Of a stretch of 64,000 nt of DNA, positions 1 to 9,886 are shown piece by piece. The translations under genes and the position numbers were made by a program. This DNA is from a virus: positions 11,624 through 75,623 of the IMG/VR virus record IMGVR_UViG_3300025438_000010; one strand, written 5' to 3'. Within the stretch, counting starts at the first letter, position 1. Each line of letters begins with the position of its first letter. The notes under the pieces were generated by a model. That model saw nothing but the letters and a program-made list of their open reading frames with translations, did not search any database and was not told where the DNA came from.

Positions 1-293
1 GTTGCCATCCCTTGTCCCCAATGCTTCTTGTCAATCCAATAGGCAACTTGACACGTGAAGTAAGTAAAGTCTCTTAGAGATACTTCTCCCACCAATTCAT
101 CGTGAAGGAAGATTCCGTATATGACCTTCGTTTTGTCGGTTGCTTCTGATCTTTCAATCAACCACTCTCTGTGGTACTTCTTGTTCTCTTTTTTTAAAAA
201 AGAAAGATCAAGACTAGCCGAGCTGTCTAGGCTTTGAACCACAACGTTTTTATGTTCTAGATAAAGATGGGTGTCATGAAGATTTTTCCTCAC
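1..293 (-). CDS. RimJ/RimL-type GNAT N-acetyltransferase (runs off window start)
   Basis: Own translation from GTG at 293 (GAGGAG upstream): ...IYGIFLHDELVGEVSLRDFTYFTCQVAYWIDKKHWGQGMA, with the acetyl-CoA-binding 'YWI...WGQG' motif. Confidence 0.75.
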   Translation of the reverse strand, partial: MRKNLHDTHLYLEHKNVVVQSLDSSASLDLSFLKKENKKYHREWLIERSEATDKTKVIYGIFLHDELVGEVSLRDFTYFTCQVAYWIDKKHWGQGMA

Positions 294-390
294 TGTAATG
301 GCGCTCCTCACAATCTCGGGCAAAACTTGGAACTACATAGATTTGGGAGCAAACGGCGCAAGTCCACTGATTATCATGTGTTTTAGTCAT
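274..390 (-). CDS. 38-aa zinc-finger-like protein
   Basis: Own translation MTKTHDNQWTCAVCSQIYVVPSFARDCEERH...; AGAAGGAG RBS. Confidence 0.55.
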   Translation of the reverse strand: MTKTHDNQWTCAVCSQIYVVPSFARDCEERHYSEEKSS

Positions 391-402
391 ACTCCTTCTA
401 TT

Positions 403-885
<483 letters not shown>

Positions 886-921
886 TATTATTCCTTACTC
901 CTTTTACGATAGGATTTCCCT

Positions 922-1581
922 ATGAATCACTATAACGTTGTATTTGCCACTCCCGGTAAAGATATGCACAGGGAATATGTCATGAGCCTTGTAGCTAGCT
1001 GCGCCTGGCTGGCGGAGCAGGGTATGACCTTTACGCTGATTAATCGTACATCATCCTTTGTCGCTAGCGCAAGGGAGTGGACGGCTGTCTTTAGTGAAGG
1101 CAGTAGATGGGACGTGAATGAGATTGGTTCGGGAGCTTTCACATACGATCGATTAGTGTGGATCGACTCGGACATCTCGTGGACTGTCGAGGCGCTGAAG
1201 AATTTGTTGGCGCATGATCTTGATGTTGTCTCAGGGGTTATGCCGATAGATGTTAACGGTCGAGTAGGTATGACGAGGTTCACGGAGGGGGGAGCTCCTA
1301 CTGTTATGAGCTGGACGGACATTCTGTTTGAAGATGACGTCTTTGAAGTAGACGGTGTTAGTTTTGGATTCCTTGCGGTGAAGAGTGGAGTTTTTGAGAA
1401 GATGCCACGTCCTTGGTTCAAGATTCGAGAAGTTCCTCTCCCTGAGGGGGGTGAAGATTTCTTCGTAAATTTAGGTGAAGACTACTCGTGGTGTCTCAAT
1501 GCTCGAGAATCTGGGTTCACAATTTGGGTTGATAAAAATATTTCAGTCAACCACCAAAAAGAGAACACTCTTCATTTTTAA
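922..1581 (+). CDS. GT-A fold glycosyltransferase-like protein
   Basis: LVWIDSDI (DxD) and GEDYSWC motifs, terminal H. Confidence 0.75.
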   Translation: MNHYNVVFATPGKDMHREYVMSLVASCAWLAEQGMTFTLINRTSSFVASAREWTAVFSEGSRWDVNEIGSGAFTYDRLVWIDSDISWTVEALKNLLAHDLDVVSGVMPIDVNGRVGMTRFTEGGAPTVMSWTDILFEDDVFEVDGVSFGFLAVKSGVFEKMPRPWFKIREVPLPEGGEDFFVNLGEDYSWCLNARESGFTIWVDKNISVNHQKENTLHF

Positions 1582-1948
1582 ATTAAAAACCAGCAAAACT
1601 ATGACGAAGCGACTAACTTAACAAAACTATCAACTACCTTAATACTGCATGATTAGCTTAATAACAGACCTTTTCTACCTAACCCCACGTATAAAAGTTT
1701 TTTAAATCTGAGGAGGGGTAAATTAGGTCTTATATTATCGTAATTACCGTATTGCCAGTTTCGCTAAGTTAGTGTTTGGTCGCTTCGTTAGTAGATATAA
1801 GGATTTTGCAAAAAAAACACGTTTCCCCTTGTCAGCTACTTCGGAGGGTGGTAGGTTAAAGTTGCATTGCATTGCATGCATTGCATGTATTGATATGTTT
1901 TAGTCTACATTGCAAAAAAAATAATACGATATACAGATAGGAAAGGCA

Positions 1949-2503
1949 GTGGTTAATAATTCAAAAAAGATACTTGAGGGACTTGGCTATGATATTGAAG
2001 ATGCAATAGCTAAAGACGCAGCCCTCACTAAGGCACGATCAAAAAGTCCATACGTGTGTCTGTGTGGACACCCGGTGAGTAGTCATACTCCAGATCCTGA
2101 GGACGAGAGCAAGACTGTTTGTAAGCCAACCAGGATGTGGTGTCACTGCACGTCTCTCAATCCCGTACTCAAGGTGCAGGACACGAGAAAGTTCTACCGA
2201 AAGACAAATAGTTACGGAGTTGAGCACGCACTGATACGTGGAATTGTTGCCTCAATGCAGGCTGACAAACACACTGAGGTGATTGAGGAACGATACAAGT
2301 GCATGATTCCCAAGTGTAAAGTCAAAGGCTCTTCGAGTGCTATCCATCCTGTTCTTGTGGAATACGGACTCCCAAACTTCCCCAAGGGGAAGCTAGTCAA
2401 GAACCATAAGTTCACCAAACTTTCAGAGTATGAAGTAGACTTGAGAGATATTTTGATGTGCCAGGAACACCTAGATGAGTTCGTATTAAGGAGCATTAGA
2501 TAA
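1949..2503 (+). CDS. hypothetical Cys/His zinc-binding protein
   Basis: CLCGHPVSSH...C...CHC and further Cys/His; RBS GGAAAGG. Confidence 0.6.
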   Translation: MVNNSKKILEGLGYDIEDAIAKDAALTKARSKSPYVCLCGHPVSSHTPDPEDESKTVCKPTRMWCHCTSLNPVLKVQDTRKFYRKTNSYGVEHALIRGIVASMQADKHTEVIEERYKCMIPKCKVKGSSSAIHPVLVEYGLPNFPKGKLVKNHKFTKLSEYEVDLRDILMCQEHLDEFVLRSIR

Positions 2504-2733
2504 TGGAAAAGAAACTACGTGAACTAAAAGAAATGGGAATCTTGAATGATGTCTCCTTCTTCAGCGTCTTATCAATAGTCACTGAATTCAAGGCAGATGT
2601 TCTTTCAATGATTGAAGACTGGGAAGCAGGTATTGATCCCGAAGATAAAACTCTGTACAGTCTTGCTTTACGGAGAACGGTTGACCTTATCAACGGCAAC
2701 AGTTCTGTGGATAATAGAGACGAGGAAGGATAA
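2503..2733 (+). CDS. hypothetical protein
   Basis: TAATG coupling to upstream gene. Confidence 0.6.
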   Translation: MEKKLRELKEMGILNDVSFFSVLSIVTEFKADVLSMIEDWEAGIDPEDKTLYSLALRRTVDLINGNSSVDNRDEEG

Positions 2734-2735
2734 CA

Positions 2736-3416
2736 ATGTCTGACGAAATAAATAAAACCCCCAGGGAGTACTGGGCTGGTCCTCACATGCCACCTCCAGC
2801 TCCTGCACCACTTACACCGTTTGTCTCTTCTCGTGTACCTGAGACAAAGTGGGAAATCACCCCCGAGCCAATAACCGAGGAAGAGTCAGGGCGCATTATG
2901 AACGTAATTGATTCGGGACTAGAGCCTGAAGAGGGAAATATAAATCCCAAAACCCCCACAGAGAAGGCGCACAAATCAGCCAGGATTAATCCGGACACTC
3001 CTCGAGTTCTTGGACTTGCAGTGTTCCTGGTGTTTGTCCTCATGGTCTCCTCGTTCATTGTTTCGTTCTTTGGTATCTGGGGAGTCTCTCAAGAAACAAC
3101 AAACATCCCTGATGCAATTACCTGGCTACCGGCACTCTTCTTGGATGCTGCGATTCTCGCCTACACAATCAGCTACTTTGTGTTTAAGGCTAGGGGTGAG
3201 CCAGTTGTCAAAACCAGGTTTGCTTTGTGGGCCTTCGCTTTGCTGTCAGTTGCAGCGAACATTGCTCACACACTTGACGGCATTACTCCAGAGATGAGTA
3301 CCTACTCTGTGGCAATCGGTCTGATGATTACCGGATCGGCTCCTATTGCTGTGGTCCTCTCTATGGAGGAGATTGCACGACTGGCCTTTGAAAGGTCACC
3401 GGATAAGAAAAAGTAA
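2736..3416 (+). CDS. four-TM membrane protein (DUF2637-like)
   Basis: Four hydrophobic segments, LSVAANIAH motif. Confidence 0.6.
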   Translation: MSDEINKTPREYWAGPHMPPPAPAPLTPFVSSRVPETKWEITPEPITEEESGRIMNVIDSGLEPEEGNINPKTPTEKAHKSARINPDTPRVLGLAVFLVFVLMVSSFIVSFFGIWGVSQETTNIPDAITWLPALFLDAAILAYTISYFVFKARGEPVVKTRFALWAFALLSVAANIAHTLDGITPEMSTYSVAIGLMITGSAPIAVVLSMEEIARLAFERSPDKKK

Positions 3417-3449
3417 ATCAGTTTATATAATAACTAAATAGCACTACGA

Positions 3450-3487
3450 GAAACCCGCTGGTTGTCATACGACTGGCGGGTTTTTTG
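3450..3487 (+). terminator. intrinsic terminator
   Basis: AAACCCGCTGGTTG-loop-CGACTGGCGGGTTTTTT. Confidence 0.7.
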
Positions 3488-3606
3488 CCCCCGGTCACCA
3501 ACCTGATTGTTTGGTAAAGTCTAGATTGTCCCCAGAGACCTCTCTCGGGATGTCGTACTCTGATGTATGAGTGCGAAACTCTGTAATGAAATAGAAGGAG
3601 AACTAT

Positions 3607-3912
3607 ATGCTCACCTCGAAGGACTTCTGGACTGCTGCACTTGAGCGTGCGGTCACGGCCTTCGCAGCTGCACTTATTGCAGCTATCGGATCGGACCAGA
3701 TCGGTGTCCTTGACATTGACTGGACTGGAGCGGCCTCCCTTGCGGGAACAGTCGCTGTGCTGTCCATCCTCACTTCCATCGTCTCCGGCGGATCAAGCAA
3801 GACCCACTCGGTCGCTTTGTTCGGCCCGGAACGAATCCAGGTTCCTGAGCCCCCTAAAAAGGCAACGGCAACCAAGAAGGCCCCTGTCAAGAAGGCAACG
3901 GCCAAGAAGTAG
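3607..3912 (+). CDS. holin, r1t-like
   Basis: FWTAALERAVTAF...IDWTGAASLAGTVAVLSILTS signature of actinophage r1t holins; basic C-tail. Confidence 0.8.
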   Translation: MLTSKDFWTAALERAVTAFAAALIAAIGSDQIGVLDIDWTGAASLAGTVAVLSILTSIVSGGSSKTHSVALFGPERIQVPEPPKKATATKKAPVKKATAKK

Positions 3913-3975
3913 GAACACCAACGGTCCCCGCCCTGGGTAAAAATGCCCGGGGTGGGTCTGACCAAAAAGGACTAG

Positions 3976-4884
3976 ATGTTAGATTCTTTAGAAAGTACAC
4001 CCGAAGACGAGGATACTGAGCCAGCTCACGATACTCCTGTAGATTTACGGCCTGACCTCTCCGAGATCGGCCTGAACGAAATGGAAAAAGGTGTCGTTGA
4101 GGATACCTATGACAACCGTAGCGCTCTGCGTCGAGCAAAATTCACTTGGGATCCGGTCTACTCCCAGAACGGCACGCCCACTGGGTTGATAGCGGCCCGC
4201 TCTCCAGAACAACTTAAGGAACGGAGACTCCTTTCTCTCGTTGAGAAGAAGCCTCTCCTAGTAGATCCTTCTAATGTCAACGGTGACTACCTCACAGGCC
4301 TGGATCTTTTGGTAGATGAGGAAGCTTCTAAGCTCTCCCCACCGTGGGTTATCGCCTCAACGCGGGCCTGGTTGAAGGAGCAAGACAACGGCGGGCCTGC
4401 TTCCCCTACTCGTGCCCCGCTCGCTCACCCGCACCGCTGTATTCGAGTTAAGTCTGACGGTGTGCGCTGCATGCTGTGGGGATCCGGAAGGATCAAAGAC
4501 GGTGGGCTATGCCGTATGCACTTGAAGTCGGCCCGGAAACCCGGCGAGGACGTAGAACGCGCCCGCCGTAAGCTTATGCAGTCCGCACCTTACGCGGTAG
4601 ACGTTCTTGAAGAGTTGATGGAGAATGCTGCTCTTGAGCAGGTACGCCTGAAAGCCTCAACGGAGATCCTAGACCGAGCCGGAGTACGAGCTGGGATGGA
4701 TATCGGCGTGGAGATAGGGCTTATGGACGCCCGTAGCCCTGCTCAGATCGTAGCTGAAAGACTTTCACGGCTTGCAGAAGGAGCCAACGCTCTTCAAGCA
4801 CGGCTTGCTCATCAAGAAGAAGAAGAAGTAGTAGAAGCAGAAGTAGTTAAGGAAGAGAAATCTGATGACACAACAGATAGCTGA
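3976..4884 (+). CDS. putative terminase small subunit-like DNA-binding protein
   Basis: C-x9-C-x13-C-x2-H finger followed by ARRKL...AVDVLEEL...VRLKASTEILDRAG helical motif. Confidence 0.5.
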   Translation: MLDSLESTPEDEDTEPAHDTPVDLRPDLSEIGLNEMEKGVVEDTYDNRSALRRAKFTWDPVYSQNGTPTGLIAARSPEQLKERRLLSLVEKKPLLVDPSNVNGDYLTGLDLLVDEEASKLSPPWVIASTRAWLKEQDNGGPASPTRAPLAHPHRCIRVKSDGVRCMLWGSGRIKDGGLCRMHLKSARKPGEDVERARRKLMQSAPYAVDVLEELMENAALEQVRLKASTEILDRAGVRAGMDIGVEIGLMDARSPAQIVAERLSRLAEGANALQARLAHQEEEEVVEAEVVKEEKSDDTTDS

Positions 4885-5020
4885 TCAAGCGGCCCGGCTT
4901 GCAGACAGACTCTTTGAGGATATACAGCTGGCAAGGACACGAGACGAGCACATTCGTGTAACGGCTAGGGCTAATGAGGCTCGCGAGCTAGCCAACGGCT
5001 TGCAATTATTAATTAAATAA
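4865..5020 (+). CDS. 51-aa hypothetical protein
   Basis: Own translation MTQQIADQAARLADRLFEDIQLARTRDEHIRV... Confidence 0.55.
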   Translation: MTQQIADQAARLADRLFEDIQLARTRDEHIRVTARANEARELANGLQLLIK

Positions 5021-5076
5021 AATACTATGCTATTTTATTAATTAATAATTTGTTTGTCAAATCGACAGGAGAGGAC

Positions 5077-5175
5077 ATGAACGAACCTACAACCTGCTTC
5101 TGGTGCGATCACCCGCTGAATTCCGAGGGGATCTGCTCTCACTGCGCCAGCGATTTGCGTATACTAGATAAGTAG
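5077..5175 (+). CDS. 32-aa zinc-ribbon peptide
   Basis: MNEPTTCFWCDHPLNSEGICSHCAS..., two CxxC, GGAGAGG RBS. Confidence 0.5.
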   Translation: MNEPTTCFWCDHPLNSEGICSHCASDLRILDK

Positions 5176-5295
5176 TGTAGAAATAGACACTACCTGCACC
5201 GAAGGGGCTTACCTCCTTTCACCCTAGCGGTGTAGGGCTCAGAGAAGAGCTACTGAAGGCCCCCCGTTCTTCCCAGCGGGGGGTCTTCTTCTTTT
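5172..5295 (+). ncRNA. candidate small RNA with anti-Shine-Dalgarno loop
   Basis: Four consecutive hairpins; loop of the second is CTTACCTCCTTTC; the fourth is a GC-rich terminator followed by TTCTTTT. Confidence 0.5.
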
Positions 5296-5398
5296 ATTGC
5301 CAGGATTCAGAAGATCTGTCGAGACTTTCCGTGAGACGGAAAAGGTCCCCGTACAAAGTTAATTTTAAACTTGTACGGAAATGTGCTATAAATGAACT

Positions 5399-5545
5399 AT
5401 GACAGAAACAGAAGCACTACCCAGCATATTCGCAATATTTATTGTTGTTCCTACATTGGTATCCGCTTTCGTAATCATTTGGTTCTTTGGCCGTGCACAG
5501 ATGAAGGCGGATTACTACCCCGAGCACTGGAAAGATGTTCCGTAA
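5399..5545 (+). CDS. 48-aa single-TM peptide, probably leaderless
   Basis: MTETEALPSIFAIFIVVPTLVSAFVIIWFFGRAQ...; ATG 6 nt after TG-c-TATAAA; stop is the TAA of the first CCGTAA box. Confidence 0.5.
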   Translation: MTETEALPSIFAIFIVVPTLVSAFVIIWFFGRAQMKADYYPEHWKDVP

Positions 5546-5601
5546 AAAAATTTAACCGGGTGCTATATAATAAAAACACGACGGCCAGAAAGGAGAAAAA
5601 A

Positions 5602-5961
5602 ATGGCTACCACATATGAAGGGAAGGAATTCATTTTTACCTTCCCCGGTTCAGAGACAAACTACGATCTCAACATCTGGGATCGCAGGGGGTACGAGACC
5701 GAATACGCAGAGGAGGGCTGGGCTATCAGTGTCTATGAGATCCCATACATCGGCTCACCGTATGGCTCAGGCGAGTTCCGTGAGGACCTCAGCTTTGACC
5801 TCACCCCAGAAGAAGCCAAGAGCCTAACCCTGGGATGGGATCCGGCGCTCGGAGGGGACTACTGCCCGGACTCCGACTTCTGGCTTGATGTTCAGGGGTT
5901 CATGGACACCTACACGAACATCCCGGCTCGAGTACGCGAACTACTCGAGAACCTGCCCTAG
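5602..5961 (+). CDS. hypothetical protein (start moved to ATG 5602)
   Basis: AGAAAGGAG RBS downstream of array promoter. Confidence 0.75.
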   Translation: MATTYEGKEFIFTFPGSETNYDLNIWDRRGYETEYAEEGWAISVYEIPYIGSPYGSGEFREDLSFDLTPEEAKSLTLGWDPALGGDYCPDSDFWLDVQGFMDTYTNIPARVRELLENLP

Positions 5962-6042
5962 ATTGCTGGCGAGGACCTCCGTAAAAAACGACGGGGGTCC
6001 TTGCTACAATACAAATACAACGGTCCGAGAAAAGGAGAAAAA

Positions 6043-6285
6043 ATGGACTACATGTTAGAACAACCCGAGCCCCAGGCTATTCGGGAAGAAAAAAGAAACC
6101 TAGTTTGTTTCAACGACGACTGCGCCATGTTTGAGTCCGAGGTAGAGATTCTTGTAGAGATTGAATACTGGAGTGACACCGAGGCACGGTTCGATTGGGA
6201 GTGCGACTCCTGCCGAACAATGTACGATCGAGAGTTCAATCCGATGGATGACATCGATTGGGATTCCTACTACGAAGGGAGATAG
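6043..6285 (+). CDS. acidic zinc-ribbon-like hypothetical protein
   Basis: CFNDDC...CDSC; AAAGGAG RBS. Confidence 0.7.
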   Translation: MDYMLEQPEPQAIREEKRNLVCFNDDCAMFESEVEILVEIEYWSDTEARFDWECDSCRTMYDREFNPMDDIDWDSYYEGR

Positions 6286-6287
6286 TG

Positions 6288-6482
6288 ATGTATAACGGCA
6301 GGTATGGCACTGTTGAGTGCCTGGTGTGTGGGAAAGATATAGAGCCAGGATCGGAGGAGGCCGTAAGCCTTCACGACGGCGAGGATATCTCACCCGTTGC
6401 TCACCTATTCAGCTGGATGTGCGACAGCGATTGCGTTGAAGAATACGCCGACAACAATGAGTCAAGCTACTTCGAAGGGTAG
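6288..6482 (+). CDS. small Cys-containing hypothetical protein
   Basis: CLVC...CDSDC; GGGAG RBS, coupled to upstream gene. Confidence 0.6.
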   Translation: MYNGRYGTVECLVCGKDIEPGSEEAVSLHDGEDISPVAHLFSWMCDSDCVEEYADNNESSYFEG

Positions 6483-6561
6483 CTACCACGAGGGGCCTGT
6501 CCGTAAAAAACGGATGGGCCTCTCGCTATAATAAAAATGTCCGAACGAAAAGGAGAAAAAA

Positions 6562-7086
6562 ATGGGATTGGACATGTATCTATCAGTACGGAAATACGTC
6601 AGTGCAATTGATTGGAGAGGAGTTGACAAGCTTGGCCCGGAAGAGTCAATCAGCGATTACCCCAACCTTGACTACGCCGAGGTCACGGAACGGCTTGGAT
6701 TGAAGCCTTTCATCGCAAATGCGGCACACTCCGGCATGAACGTGACCGCAACCGCTGTCTACTGGAGAAAAGCTAATGCCATCCACAAGTGGTTCGTAGA
6801 CAACCTCGCTGACGGCGTGGATGACTGCAGACCGCTGTGGGTTTCAACCGACCACCTGAAGGAGTTGTTTTTTAACGTGTGCGAGGTATTAGCTAGCAAT
6901 AAAGACCCACAGGTAGCCGAGGAGGTTCTTCCATCAGAAGACGGGTTCTTCTTTGGCGACACCAGTTACGGTGAGGCGTACTGGGATGACCTGGAATACA
7001 CACAGAAAGCCCTAGAAAAAATCTTGACTCTGGCTGAGTCGGATGAGGGTAAGGCTGTGGACTTCGAGTATCAAGCCTCCTGGTAG
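6562..7086 (+). CDS. conserved phage protein of unknown function
   Basis: MGLDMYL...YWRKANAIHKWF...GFFFG...YQASW pattern recognised as a widespread phage family. Confidence 0.8.
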   Translation: MGLDMYLSVRKYVSAIDWRGVDKLGPEESISDYPNLDYAEVTERLGLKPFIANAAHSGMNVTATAVYWRKANAIHKWFVDNLADGVDDCRPLWVSTDHLKELFFNVCEVLASNKDPQVAEEVLPSEDGFFFGDTSYGEAYWDDLEYTQKALEKILTLAESDEGKAVDFEYQASW

Positions 7087-7199
7087 GCCTCAAGCGGAAA
7101 GACCCTCGGTGAAAGCCGGGGGTTTTTCTGTTTCCGTAAAAAAACAACAATAGGGGTTATATAATAAAAACATAACGACGGAGCTACGAAAGGAGAATC

Positions 7200-7916
7200 A
7201 TGAAGCTCAAGCGTTCCAAGGACCGGAAGGTCACCAATCTAGTCACACCGAACGGGAAGGCCCCGTCCATTGCTAACACCTTTGGACTACCAGCAGGTAA
7301 GGCCTACTCATGCCCCGGCGCGACGTCCATCTGTGAGAGTGTCTGCTACGCGGGCAAGCTCGAGAAGGTATACAAGAACGTCAAGGCGGTCCTGGTACAC
7401 AACTGGGAACTGCTGAAGGACGCGGATCTCGATGAGATGCGACGACTACTCACTGAGATGGTCGACGACTTCATCACGGACTGCAACCGACGGCAAGCGC
7501 CTAAGGACTTCAGAATCCACTGGGACGGCGACTTCTTCTCGGACACCTACGCTATGGCGTGGAGGATGACGATGGAGTCACGGCCCGAGGTCAACTTCTG
7601 GGTCTACACCCGGACCATGAGTGCGGCACGGTTGCTCAAAGGCACATCCAATCTGTCCCTGTACTTCTCGGCAGACAACGAGAACATGCCGATAGCGCTC
7701 ACGTTACGGCGTGAAGGGATACTGCTTGCCTACCTGGCGGATACTTTTCAGGAAGGTCAGGCACGGATGAAAGAGGCAACGGGCAAGCCCGGAGCCAAAT
7801 GCCCGGAGAACACTAAGCAGATCCCATTGATTAGTGTCAACGGCTCGGCATGCATGGTGTGCCAGCTATGTCCTAAGGGCAAGGCTGACATCGTATTCAG
7901 TGCCAGCAAGTCCTAG
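7200..7916 (+). CDS. GP88-like (radical-SAM-fold-related) protein
   Basis: CPGATSICESVCYA Cys cluster, FRIHWDGDF, FWVYTR, C-terminal C...CxxCxxC. Confidence 0.75.
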   Translation: MKLKRSKDRKVTNLVTPNGKAPSIANTFGLPAGKAYSCPGATSICESVCYAGKLEKVYKNVKAVLVHNWELLKDADLDEMRRLLTEMVDDFITDCNRRQAPKDFRIHWDGDFFSDTYAMAWRMTMESRPEVNFWVYTRTMSAARLLKGTSNLSLYFSADNENMPIALTLRREGILLAYLADTFQEGQARMKEATGKPGAKCPENTKQIPLISVNGSACMVCQLCPKGKADIVFSASKS

Positions 7917-8010
7917 CGGAGTCCCCCGGTGAGAGCCGGGGGTACTTCCGTAAAAAATAAAATTGCTTGGAGATATAATAAAGATAGCAACGACGAAAAG
8001 GAGCAAGACA

Positions 8011-8232
8011 ATGGAAACAACTGAGATGACAAATTTCTACCGGAAGCACTACGGAGTTTTGGTAGGGAGAAAAATAATCGCAATACGATCAATGTACCCC
8101 GAAGAGATGAAACTTTTTATGTGGTACGGAGACCCCGGTGTGGTTATTGAGACCGACAAGGGACTGATTGTCCCCTCGAGCGACCCGGAAGGCAACTCTC
8201 CCGGACAGCTACTGCTAGACGGATTCGAGTAG
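8011..8232 (+). CDS. hypothetical protein
   Basis: AAAAGGAG RBS; PSSDPEGNSPG motif. Confidence 0.7.
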   Translation: METTEMTNFYRKHYGVLVGRKIIAIRSMYPEEMKLFMWYGDPGVVIETDKGLIVPSSDPEGNSPGQLLLDGFE

Positions 8233-8318
8233 TCCGTAAAAAATTGGGGAGCCTCTCGCTATAATAAAAACAGATAGCGAGGGGCTTCCCTCAAAAAAAA
8301 CGACAAAAGGAGAATGAC

Positions 8319-8963
8319 ATGCCTAACTGGGTATCTAATCAAATAAATATCACGGGACCTAAAGAAGAACTCGATAGGCTCCAAAAGCAAGCCGCAACGC
8401 CTTACCAGACTAAATCGTCTGTACTCACCGAAGACGGATTCGAGTGGGTGGACGCAGAGAACCAGGAGGAACTTTCATTCTGGAACTTTGTCAGTCCCGA
8501 CGAATCAATCCTGGAGGAGTATTTTGGCCCGGAGGCTAACAAGACTCTGGAGCAAGCGCTTCGACACGAGACCAACCACTGGTACGACTGGAATGTCCGC
8601 AACTGGGGAGTCAAGTGGGACGCCAGCTATGTGGGAGTGACCCAAGTGTCTGACACGGAGATTGCCTACACCTTTGAGACACCGTGGGACGCAGTCGTTC
8701 CGGTATTCCTGAAGATGGTGGAGGAGTATCCTGCCCTTGACTTCGAGTACCGATATCTGGAGGAGCAAGGCTGGGGAGGGGAGCTTCACGCCTCAGAAGG
8801 TATCTACTGGATAATGGACGAGTGGGAGATTCCGGAGACACACGAAGACCGCGTGGACAAAATTGGCTACTGCCACTGTGCGGAGGTCGGCACGCGCGAG
8901 GAGGACATCAAGTACTTGTTCGACGATTGTCCCCCAAAAATGGTCTTGATGGCCAGCAAGTAA
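8319..8963 (+). CDS. DUF1281/YubB ferredoxin-like-fold protein
   Basis: MPNWVSN...WYDWNVRNWGVKWD...FETPW. Confidence 0.75.
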   Translation: MPNWVSNQINITGPKEELDRLQKQAATPYQTKSSVLTEDGFEWVDAENQEELSFWNFVSPDESILEEYFGPEANKTLEQALRHETNHWYDWNVRNWGVKWDASYVGVTQVSDTEIAYTFETPWDAVVPVFLKMVEEYPALDFEYRYLEEQGWGGELHASEGIYWIMDEWEIPETHEDRVDKIGYCHCAEVGTREEDIKYLFDDCPPKMVLMASK

Positions 8964-9020
8964 GATACTGGAGGGGGCGAGTAACGGCTCGCCCTCTCTA
9001 GTCCTAGAAAAGGAAGAAAA

Positions 9021-9296
9021 ATGGAAGAAGAAACAGAAACTATCGGCGAGGTCGAAAGAACTCTTCACTACTTCGCTGATGACGGTAACTATGGGTCTGC
9101 GGACGGACTTACGATCATGGAGTCTACCCATTGGGACGAAATTGATTGGTCAATTATTGAGGGAGCACCCGAGCACTTCCGCCCAATGGTTGCCCGGTTG
9201 ATTACAGAAAGCTATGAACCGGACGCTAATGAACAAGCCCTACGCGCTGAGTTTGCTAAGTACGGGGTTGACATTAGTGACTATGAGAAAGACTAG
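9021..9296 (+). CDS. acidic hypothetical protein
   Basis: ORF with AAAGGA RBS. Confidence 0.65.
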   Translation: MEEETETIGEVERTLHYFADDGNYGSADGLTIMESTHWDEIDWSIIEGAPEHFRPMVARLITESYEPDANEQALRAEFAKYGVDISDYEKD

Positions 9297-9479
9297 TAAG
9301 TAACTGGGGGGAATTGACTTGGGGGTTTCCCGTCGTTTCCTCCACGGTGTTGGTGGTCACCGTTATCAAAATCACTATTTTAGTTTCCGTAAAAAATGTC
9401 TGAGGTGGGAGATACAATAAAGACAACACAGCAACAAGCCCGTTGTTGTGAAAAAATGACGGAGTGAAAGGAGATAGCA

Positions 9480-9830
9480 ATGGCTATCGTCAGAAAGCGC
9501 AAGGTAAGCAAGGTTACGATTGTCGAGGACACCAAGACGGTCACCAAGACCGCCGTGGAACTTACGGACAGCGAGCAGGAAATCCTGGAGTCGTTTCTGA
9601 AGGCACGAACTGAAGAAACCGAAGCCAAGAAGGAGAAGGAACGCCTCTCCGCCCTGGTGAAGGACATTATCGGTGACGCTCAGGTCGCTCTGGTGAACGG
9701 CGAAGTCCGAGTGGAGTTGCTCCGCTACCCACGAGTGACAATCGACTCGAAGTTGTTGTTCGAGAGTTTCACCGAAGCCTACGAAGCCACGGCACGCCAG
9801 TCCGTGGTCACCCGTATCCAAGCCAAGTAA
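9480..9830 (+). CDS. hypothetical protein
   Basis: Array promoter plus AAAGGAG RBS. Confidence 0.7.
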   Translation: MAIVRKRKVSKVTIVEDTKTVTKTAVELTDSEQEILESFLKARTEETEAKKEKERLSALVKDIIGDAQVALVNGEVRVELLRYPRVTIDSKLLFESFTEAYEATARQSVVTRIQAK

Positions 9831-9886
9831 CACACGGGTCGGCTCCCCTCCGGGGGAGTCGGCTCACCCTAACGAAAGGAAACAAA

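Noticed and set aside
5392-5601. N-terminal extension of ORF 5392-5961 (and similar extensions at 6001, 7963, 24195)
   Set aside because: Extensions run through promoter elements; strong RBSs mark downstream ATGs
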